Origin: Longimicrobiales bacterium
GTDB taxonomy: Bacteria; Gemmatimonadota; Gemmatimonadetes; Longimicrobiales; Gaopeijiaceae
Assembly (NCBI GenBank): GCA_965248195.1
Contig: CBDFIQ010000001.1
Location: 96,001 to 160,000, forward strand
Direction: 5' to 3'
Length of the DNA: 64,000 nucleotides
Position numbers and translations under genes: made by a program. The notes beneath the pieces are model-generated. The model was not told the DNA's origin, ran no database searches, and was given only the letters and a program-made list of their open reading frames with translations. Of the stretch, positions 9,215 to 16,121 are shown in pieces (positions within the stretch are counted from its first letter, which is position 1; each line of letters begins with the position of its first letter).

Positions 9215-10423
9215 TCAGGATGCGACACGGTGGACCCATGGGTTCGGAGGAGGAGGTCGCCCGAGGACCTGCACACACTGTAGCACGCCCTTTCTACAGC
9301 TGGGACAGACGTGCAGATCACGAGGCCGTAGATCGAGGAGGATCTCATCGCCATCGAGGGACTCTGGTTGCGGATCGAGGGAGACTGCTGGCTGCCCGAG
9401 TGCCTCGCGAGAGCATGCGAGCAGTCGAGCGCGGCTGGCGTTGGCGAAGATCCCGTAGTAGCGGATACGCACGAAGCCCTTCGGTAAGACGTGTAGCAGG
9501 AAGCGACGGGCGAACTCGTGGAGGGGAAGCATGAGAGTCCGGGCCCTGCGACCTCGGTAGTCCTTGTAGCGGAAGCACACAGACTGGTCGTCTACGTGGA
9601 GCAGACGATGGTTCGAGATCGCGACTCGGTGGGTATAGCGAGCCAGGTACTCGAGAACGGGCTTCGGACCGTCGAAGGGGGGTTTGGCATAGACGACCCA
9701 CTCAGTCTGGCGAGCCGCGTTGAGGTGGCGCGCGAACGCCGCGCGTGAGCGGTAGCGGGCGAGGGCACCGTGCAACTCGAGGCTCCCGTCCCGAAACGCA
9801 TCCCAGAGTCCTGCGGTGAACTTTCCCCGGAACAAACGACTGAGCACGCGCACCGGCAGGAAGAAGCCCGGCCGACAAGGACGCCATGTACGGTCACCTT
9901 CCGCCAGGCCGCCCGCTGGGACAACGCAGTGTACGTGCGGATGATGGACCAGCGTCTGGCCCCAAGTATGCAGGACGGCGAAGAACCCGATCCGTGCGCC
10001 GAGATGCTTCGGGTTCAGGGCGACATCCTGCAGCGTCCGCCCCACGGTACGAAGCAGGAGACCGTAGAAAACGCGTGGGTTCTGCAGCGCCAACGGTGCC
10101 AGGCTCTGCGGCACAGTGAAGACGACGTGCGCGTAGGGCACAGGTAACACCTCGGCCTGGCGTGCCTCGAGCCAGTCCGCTTGGGCACTACCCTGGCACT
10201 TTGGACAGTGACGGTTGCGGCACGAGTTGTACGAGATCCTCCGGTGACCGCAGGCGTCGCAGGCGTCGATGTGACCACCCAGCCGTGCGGTTCGGCAGGC
10301 GGTGATCGCCTCGACGACCGCACGTTGCTCCCAACTCCATCTCGCCCCGGATCCCAGCGAGCGCGGCGCTTCGCGGTACTCTTGGAAGACCTCGGCAAGC
10401 TCGTGCCGGGGTCGCTTGGTCAC
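9215..10423 (-). CDS. IS91-family Y2/HUH rolling-circle transposase with Zn-binding N-domain
   Basis: CDACG...SCRNRHCPKC zinc domain, LHTWGQ, HPHVH (HUH), YLARY (Y-x3-Y) and HVLPKGFVRIRYYG. Confidence 0.92.
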   Translation of the reverse strand: MTKRPRHELAEVFQEYREAPRSLGSGARWSWEQRAVVEAITACRTARLGGHIDACDACGHRRISYNSCRNRHCPKCQGSAQADWLEARQAEVLPVPYAHVVFTVPQSLAPLALQNPRVFYGLLLRTVGRTLQDVALNPKHLGARIGFFAVLHTWGQTLVHHPHVHCVVPAGGLAEGDRTWRPCRPGFFLPVRVLSRLFRGKFTAGLWDAFRDGSLELHGALARYRSRAAFARHLNAARQTEWVVYAKPPFDGPKPVLEYLARYTHRVAISNHRLLHVDDQSVCFRYKDYRGRRARTLMLPLHEFARRFLLHVLPKGFVRIRYYGIFANASRARLLACSREALGQPAVSLDPQPESLDGDEILLDLRPRDLHVCPSCRKGVLQCVQVLGRPPPPNPWVHRVAS

Positions 10424-11278
10424 CTACTCCGTTGGCTCGAACTCCGAGCTCAAGGCATCCAGAGGACTCTTAATCGAACGGAGCCGTGCCGTGGCCACGT
10501 GCGTGTAGATCGCCGTGGTCTGGAGCGCCCGGTGACCGAGCAGCGTTTGGATCATCCGCAGATCCGTGCCCGACTCCAGCAGGTGCGTCGCGTAGCTGTG
10601 ACGGAGCGTACGGGGTGTCACCCGCTTCGTGATCCCCGCTCGCGCACCGGCCGCCCCGATCACTCGTTGTACCGTCCGGCTCGTGAGCGGCTGGTCCGGA
10701 GCGCGTCCGTAGAACAGCAAGCTCCTTGGCCTGTACATACGCCAATATGCCCGCAGCGTCGCCAGCAACACGCCCGACAGGACCACCTGCCGGTCCTTGT
10801 CCCCCTTGCCGTGGCGCACGGTGATCACCATCCGGTCACTATCGATGTCGCGCACTTGCAGCCCCAGCACCTCGCTGGTCCTCAGCCCGCCACCGTACAG
10901 CGTCATTGCCATCGCCCGGTGCTTCAGGTTCCCTACCCCCTTGAGCAGACGTCCGACCTCCTCCGGGCTTAGCACCACCGGGTTGCGTCTCTTCTGTCGC
11001 GGGTAGGGGAGGTGGGGCAACAGCTCCGGCCGGTCCAGCGTCACACGGTACAGGAACCGCATTGCCCCCACCGCCTGCTTGAACGCCGAACGCGATACGT
11101 CCCGCTCCTCCTTCAGGTACCGCAGGTATCCGCGTATCTCTTCGCGGCCCAGCGTGTCCGGAGATCGCCCGAAGTGCTGCGCCATCTCGGCGACACGTCT
11201 GATGTAGATCGCCTGCGTGCGCTCTGCGTAGTTCCGGACCCTCAGATCCGTCAGCATCTTCTGCCGTAGCTCGCTCAT
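10424..11278 (-). CDS. Tyrosine recombinase (IntI/XerD-related, lacking the IntI-specific insertion)
   Basis: RNYAERT N-domain, YGGGLRTSE, HGKGDKDR, RTLRHSYATHLLE and LLGH...TTAIY; GAGGAGG RBS; 284 aa. The stop abuts the transposase start. Confidence 0.92.
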   Translation of the reverse strand: MSELRQKMLTDLRVRNYAERTQAIYIRRVAEMAQHFGRSPDTLGREEIRGYLRYLKEERDVSRSAFKQAVGAMRFLYRVTLDRPELLPHLPYPRQKRRNPVVLSPEEVGRLLKGVGNLKHRAMAMTLYGGGLRTSEVLGLQVRDIDSDRMVITVRHGKGDKDRQVVLSGVLLATLRAYWRMYRPRSLLFYGRAPDQPLTSRTVQRVIGAAGARAGITKRVTPRTLRHSYATHLLESGTDLRMIQTLLGHRALQTTAIYTHVATARLRSIKSPLDALSSEFEPTE

Positions 11279-11407
11279 CGGTCCCTCCTCGACTGGGTTG
11301 CGTTGGGGCACGCAACCTACTCGCCCAGTCCTCGGAACCTCGGCCCTACTCAGACACCGGAATCACCACCCACCGCGAGCCCTCACCACCCACCGCGTAG
11401 CGGTTTA

Positions 11408-11527
11408 GTTCAACGATTTCTTCCCGAACCATATCAGATTACCCGCCGACTCGCGATGCCATCACGACGGATGTCGCCTATGCTCGGCCAAGCCGGAACG
11501 TGTCGCCCTCCGGCCCAAACGTTATGG
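11408..11527 (-). repeat. Hybrid att-like site at the right end of the module
   Basis: Cores CCATAAC...GTTGAAC are present on the minus strand, but the two arms do not pair well. Confidence 0.5.
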
Positions 11528-11543
11528 GCCATCACGCCTCAAA

Positions 11544-11870
11544 CTAGGCCGGGGACTTCGCACCGCGTCCGCCAGGGTACCGTGGGATCTTCTTGAGGAC
11601 CTCGGCTTCTGACTTCCGCGCGTGGTAGAGGTCCCAAGCGAGTTGGAGATTGAGCCAGAAATCAGAGGAAGTTCCGAAATACTGAGATAGGCGAAGCGCA
11701 GTACTTGGGGTAACTCCGCGACGTCCATTAACGATCTCGTTCACACGCTGGTAGGGAACGGCGATCGCATCTGCCAGCTGCCTCTGGGTGATCCCCATCG
11801 GTGCTAGGAACTCCTCCAGGAGCATCACTCCGGGATGCGTCGGGAGGCGATGAGTGGGCACACGAACCAT
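11544..11870 (-). CDS. higA: HigA antitoxin (VapI/addiction antidote type)
   Basis: PTHPGVMLLEEFL...RVNEIVNGRRGVTPSTALRL...FWLNLQ. Confidence 0.92.
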   Translation of the reverse strand: MVRVPTHRLPTHPGVMLLEEFLAPMGITQRQLADAIAVPYQRVNEIVNGRRGVTPSTALRLSQYFGTSSDFWLNLQLAWDLYHARKSEAEVLKKIPRYPGGRGAKSPA

Positions 11871-11878
11871 AAGAAGCC

Positions 11879-12172
11879 TCAGTGGTAATCGACGACCTGT
11901 ACGTCCTCTGGGCCGTTCGGCGTCCATCGGAAACAGATCCGGTATTGATCGTTGATTCGAATGCTATGCTCCCCTTTGCGGTCACCCTTCAGGGCCTCGA
12001 GTCGGTTTCCTGGAGGGATCCGGAGATCCTCAAGAATAGCGGCGGCAGCAAGCGCATCTAGCTTTTTCCCACCCTGCCTCCAGAGGGACTGAGGAAGCGT
12101 CCTTCGGGCCAGTTTCGTGGGGCGCCCATAGAAGAGATCCTCTGTCGCTTCGTCCTTGAAGCTTCGAATCAT
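11879..12172 (-). CDS. higB: HigB/RelE-family toxin (plasmid maintenance killer type)
   Basis: MIRSFKD...DLRIPPGNRLEALKGDRKGEHSIRINDQYRICFRW...VDYH. Confidence 0.92.
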   Translation of the reverse strand: MIRSFKDEATEDLFYGRPTKLARRTLPQSLWRQGGKKLDALAAAAILEDLRIPPGNRLEALKGDRKGEHSIRINDQYRICFRWTPNGPEDVQVVDYH

Positions 12173-12173
12173 A

Positions 12174-12200
12174 TAGCATGATAGCCGGGATATCGTGCTA
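12174..12200. promoter_or_regulatory. Palindromic operator upstream of higBA
   Basis: TAGCATGATA-N7-TATCGTGCTA (9/10 inverted repeat) directly before the higB ATG. HigA autorepression is typical of the family. Confidence 0.6.
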
Positions 12201-12235
12201 ACACAAGAAGAACCAATTACCTGTTCGGTGATGTC

Positions 12236-12306
12236 CGATAACGGTCCAGGCGCTCCCGACGTGGAGCGAAGCGTAGGTCCGCGGAGCGGCCAGGCCCTCG
12301 TTGGGG
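12236..12306 (-). repeat. attC-like site (short)
   Basis: Minus strand CCCCAAC...CGCTCC...GGAGCG...GTTATCG. The cassette start GTTATCGGACATCAC matches the cassette end at 11521 (GTTATGGGCCATCAC) at 13/15. Confidence 0.7.
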
Positions 12307-12482
12307 TCAACGGCGGCGCGAAGTGAGCCGTCCTTGGCGCGGCAACCAACGACCGCGACAAAGTCACGGACCCTAAACCCATAACGGCTCCAGCCACGGC
12401 GGACCGAAGCGTTGGGACCAGTCTTCAGGTTCTCCAGCCGTTCGCACGTGATCCAAGTCGCGCACGGGTGGCGACTCTGACA

Positions 12483-13355
12483 CTAGCGGGCCGGTCGGCC
12501 CTCCGCTTCCCGGAGCATCGCTTCGAAGCTGGCCTCGACACCCGCCACGAGACTCCTCCACCCTTCCGCGTCAAAGCAGGTCACACACCTCGGGTCGACA
12601 GGAAGAGCCGGGTCCAACTCGCGGGGCGGATCCTGCGGGTGATTGTGGAGGAAGAGGTCGGGAGGTTCGAGCTCCTTCAGCCTTTGAAGCGTCCTCTCCG
12701 TGTCGGCGACAACCGTCGGGTGCCGGGGATTGTTGAAGAGCTGAGCCCCCGCGTTCGGAATTTCGCCGCCGCGGAAGGCGACGGAGTAGGTGTCCCCACC
12801 CTCCTGGACGGTTGTCATCCACATCGTTGCTCCTTGCGTGTGGCCCCCCGTCCAGAGGGCGTGCAACGTCACCCCACCCAGCGTGACCGTGTCACCGTCC
12901 TCGACCACGCGATCCACCGTGACAGGCTCCCAGTCTCGGGCCCCGATAGCCGAGTTGTCCTGGCCTGATTGGAGCGCCACGGCGTCGCCGCCGAGCGCAA
13001 CAACCTGCGCACCGGTCACTCGCTTCATAGCCGCGTGTCCCTCGACGTGGTCCCAATGCGCATGGCTCGAAATCATGATCCGGATGTCGCGGACGTTGAA
13101 CCCGAGTTTCTCGACGTTCGAGACGATGAGCGCGTGCATATCGGCGCTGCCCGTGTCGTGGAGAATGTGGCCCTCCGGCGTGGTGATGAGGTAGGAGCCA
13201 TATTGGCCGCCGACATAGTAGATATCGCCTATGACGCGGAACGGTTCTATGGCTTCGCTCGCCTCCTGAATGCGCTCCCCTCGTTCCGCTGCACCACACG
13301 CCGACATAGATACCATCGCTGCACTCAGCACCACCAAGGCATATATCAGACGCAT
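12483..13355 (-). CDS. Subclass B3-like metallo-beta-lactamase fold protein, exported
   Basis: EPFRVIGDIYYVG, SHAHWDH, GGHTQG and LHNHP motifs; signal peptide. Confidence 0.8.
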   Translation of the reverse strand: MRLIYALVVLSAAMVSMSACGAAERGERIQEASEAIEPFRVIGDIYYVGGQYGSYLITTPEGHILHDTGSADMHALIVSNVEKLGFNVRDIRIMISSHAHWDHVEGHAAMKRVTGAQVVALGGDAVALQSGQDNSAIGARDWEPVTVDRVVEDGDTVTLGGVTLHALWTGGHTQGATMWMTTVQEGGDTYSVAFRGGEIPNAGAQLFNNPRHPTVVADTERTLQRLKELEPPDLFLHNHPQDPPRELDPALPVDPRCVTCFDAEGWRSLVAGVEASFEAMLREAEGRPAR

Positions 13356-13617
13356 ACGGCCTCCTTACAAAACGTGTGTGTCGCCCGTCCGCTTCGGCAA
13401 GCGGTATCAATTAAGATCTTCCTCAGCCGGGGAAATCAGCTTACCGAGGAGTGTGCCGATCTCGTAGTGGCCGAGTTTGGAGCCGGATTCTATGGGATGA
13501 ATAAGACTACAGGTGGGATCTCAGGTCAACGAAACTGTCACATGTCCGTGTTGGGATGCTGTGCCTCCGGCGCATGCTCCTCGAGCATGCTCGCAAATCC
13601 CGCAATACGCGAACGGC

Positions 13618-14112
13618 CTAACCCCCAACTAGGAGGATGTGGACGTTCTCGAGCCCGGGGCTCGACCATTGCGGATACTTGGCCACGAAGCTCGCGTGAA
13701 CCGCCTCATGCTTCTCGGCGTCGGTCACGTGGCTTACGGTCTGATCGAAGATTCGATCACCGATCTTCAGGCGCACCCTCGGGTCGCGCATCACATTGCG
13801 GTTCCAGCCGCGCTCGTCTGGAAACACCCCGCCCTGGTAGTAGGCGGAGAACAAGTAGAGGTCGCCCTCATGGACCGTGCAGTACGTGGTCACGGAATGG
13901 GGAATCAGGTAGGGCGTGCGGGTTTGAACGAAGATCTCCTGATGGTTTCCCGTGAACGCCCAATCGGTAACCGGCTCGGTAACCCGGTCCCCAGCCAACC
14001 ACAACCCAGGGCGCTGATCGCTGGGCTCGTAGCCAAGAAGGCGCAGTGAGACGAGCCCGCCGCCCACCAACAGCAGCAGGGCGAATCCAGCCGTCATAAG
14101 GGTTTTCTTCAT
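13618..14112 (-). CDS. Hypothetical membrane-anchored split-barrel-like protein
   Basis: N-terminal TM segment; WNRNVMRDPRVRLKIG motif. Confidence 0.6.
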   Translation of the reverse strand: MKKTLMTAGFALLLLVGGGLVSLRLLGYEPSDQRPGLWLAGDRVTEPVTDWAFTGNHQEIFVQTRTPYLIPHSVTTYCTVHEGDLYLFSAYYQGGVFPDERGWNRNVMRDPRVRLKIGDRIFDQTVSHVTDAEKHEAVHASFVAKYPQWSSPGLENVHILLVGG

Positions 14113-14134
14113 CTTTGACTCGCTTCGCCGACCA

Positions 14135-15010
14135 CTAGCGACTCCGCGGCTGGTAGCCATCCATGGACGGCCCGCCGTAGAAGAACCGCCAGTCGGCCGC
14201 ATCAGGACGGCCGTTGGGCCCCGTCGACGCATAGCCGGCACTGGTGGATCCCACGAACTTGCCAGCCCTCAGCGCCGCGTCCTTGACCTTGTCGAACATC
14301 GCGTGCCATTCCGGCGAGGTCGGCGACAGTCCGGTGAAGCTTCCCAGATCTCCGTTCGACGCCCAGAGCACGTCGATCCCCGCCACCCGTGCGATGTGGT
14401 AAGCGTTTTCCACCGCGATGGGCGTCTCGATCTGAGCGACCACCAGCATGTTGTCGTTGATGGTCTGCCGGTAGTTGATGCCTGATCCACCCCAAATCCG
14501 CGCCGCCTGATTGCGACCTGCGCTCCGGCGACCGTCGGGCGGGAATCTCGCAAAGTTGGCCAGCGCCGTCGCTTGCTCCACCGTGTTGACGGTCGGCCCG
14601 ATCACCCCGAGCGCGCCGATATCCGTCGCCTTCTGAATTGATCCTTCCAGCACATCCGGCAGCCGGACCATCGGAATGCCGACTCCGGGACACGCTGCGA
14701 TCATCGCCTCGACGTCGGCCCAGCTCATTGTGCTGTGCTGCATCTCGAAGAAAATGAAGTCGTAGTGTGGCGCCACCTCACAATAGAATTCCGGATCCCG
14801 GCTGGCGATGGTATACGTGAAGACCTGCTCGCCGTCGAGCAGCTTCTGCTTCGCCGTGTTGTACAAGGGGACGCCCGGACTCGTGAGGCTTTCTCTCACG
14901 GCCCAGCCCTGTTCGCGTGTGAAGCTTTGACGCGCCGCAGCCGGCCAGGCGACCACCAGACCGACGGCAGTGGCAATGGCGCCGGCCAGAATGACTCTTC
15001 GTCCTCGCAT
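14135..15010 (-). CDS. HpcH/HpaI aldolase-family protein with signal peptide
   Basis: FFEMQHS, KATDIGALGVIGPTV and VAQIETP motifs. Confidence 0.8.
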   Translation of the reverse strand: MRGRRVILAGAIATAVGLVVAWPAAARQSFTREQGWAVRESLTSPGVPLYNTAKQKLLDGEQVFTYTIASRDPEFYCEVAPHYDFIFFEMQHSTMSWADVEAMIAACPGVGIPMVRLPDVLEGSIQKATDIGALGVIGPTVNTVEQATALANFARFPPDGRRSAGRNQAARIWGGSGINYRQTINDNMLVVAQIETPIAVENAYHIARVAGIDVLWASNGDLGSFTGLSPTSPEWHAMFDKVKDAALRAGKFVGSTSAGYASTGPNGRPDAADWRFFYGGPSMDGYQPRSR

Positions 15011-15099
15011 TCGTTCCTCCTTTGTGGACTGCCCCATTCGATCTAGTCGGGAGCTTGACTCCTCGCCAGTGGAGCTTCGCTATTGTCATGGCCATATGG

Positions 15100-15276
15100 T
15101 TGCACATGACCGAACTGACGCGGCCCATTCTGGTCGAGAGCTGCCGGCTACCGGGCGACTTTCACGGCGATCTAGCGGACCAGATGATCGTGGCGACGGC
15201 TCGACACCACGGGGCCGTCCTGGTCACGACGGACCGCGCGATCCGCGACTACGAGCACGTTCGCTCCGTCTGGTAA
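15100..15276 (+). pseudogene. C-terminal fragment of a VapC/PIN toxin
   Basis: LPGDFHGDLADQMIVATAR...LVTTDRAI...HVRSVW; the N-terminal DT motif is absent. Confidence 0.7.
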
Positions 15277-15372
15277 CCCGGCGCGGTGTAGACGGATCGC
15301 TGACGGGCCCGGCAAGCGCGACACGGGTAGCGCCCTCGCGCGCGTTACGCGGCCGCTCCATCTTCTCCAGTC

Positions 15373-16023
15373 ATGACCGCAACACGCACGACGGTGCATC
15401 TCGACGTCTTCAGCGACTACACCTGCCCTTGGTGCTACGTGGGCTGGGCCCGTCTCGAGTCGGCGCTCCTCCGTATTCCGGAAGGGGTGGATGTGGACGT
15501 CCGATGGAGACCGTACGAAATCCACGCCGAGGTCCCGCCGGAGGGGATGCCGGTCGAAGACCTGCCGTACACCCCGGAGCAGTGGGCCCGAATGCAGGAA
15601 GCGCTGCGCCTAAGCGCCGCTGAGGAAGGGCTCGACGTCGGGAAGCGACCCAGGGTCTCGAACACGCACCGAGCCCTCATGGCCGGTGAATACGTGCGAG
15701 TGGAGGAACCCGAGCGCTTTCCCGCGTTTCATGCGGCGCTGTTCAAGGAATACTTCGCCGAGGGTCGCGACTTGGGCGACCCGACTGTGGTCGAAGACGT
15801 CGCGCGTTCATCCGGACTCGACGTCGGCCGGATGACGAAGGCGCTCGACGACGGGGAGTACGAGGGGGCGATCACCACGACCACCGACGCGGCGAGGGAG
15901 CTTGGCATCACCGGCACACCCACCTTCGTCTTCGACAAGCGCTTCGCGGTGGTCGGGGCGCAGCCGATCGAGGCCCTGCTCCAAGCAATTGAGGCGGCGC
16001 TGAAGCACAGCGAGGAGGAATGA
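15373..16023 (+). CDS. DsbA/FrnE-family oxidoreductase
   Basis: SDYTCPWCYVG, GITGTPTFVF and GAQP motifs. Confidence 0.88.
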   Translation: MTATRTTVHLDVFSDYTCPWCYVGWARLESALLRIPEGVDVDVRWRPYEIHAEVPPEGMPVEDLPYTPEQWARMQEALRLSAAEEGLDVGKRPRVSNTHRALMAGEYVRVEEPERFPAFHAALFKEYFAEGRDLGDPTVVEDVARSSGLDVGRMTKALDDGEYEGAITTTTDAARELGITGTPTFVFDKRFAVVGAQPIEALLQAIEAALKHSEEE

Positions 16024-16121
16024 GATAATGAACTGGACGGCACGCGGGTCCTCCCCTTAGACTGCGATCAAGCAGTTATTCCGGACGTCAATCCAACCCC
16101 TCGAGGCGGCGATACGGTTCG

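Larger units (their letters stand above)
7625..11414 (-). mobile_element. IS91-like element: tyrosine recombinase plus Y2 transposase, bounded by 24-bp inverted repeats and interrupted by IS256
   Basis: GTTGAACGAAGCCGCTACGTGGTG (7625-7648) matches the reverse complement of 11391-11414 (GTTGAACTAAACCGCTACGCGGTG) at 21/24. Two abutting genes lie inside. Confidence 0.8.

Noticed and set aside
10424..11278. Canonical integron integrase intI
   Set aside because: It is too short, lacks the IntI-specific insertion, is co-oriented with and inside the array, and is coupled to a Y2 transposase.
11421..11450. dif/Xer-like site near the element end
   Set aside because: Only a weak XerC-arm resemblance; the XerD arm does not match.
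13616..13622. GCCTAAC as an att core making the beta-lactamase a cassette
   Set aside because: It is an isolated heptamer overlapping a stop codon, with no partner box or hairpin.
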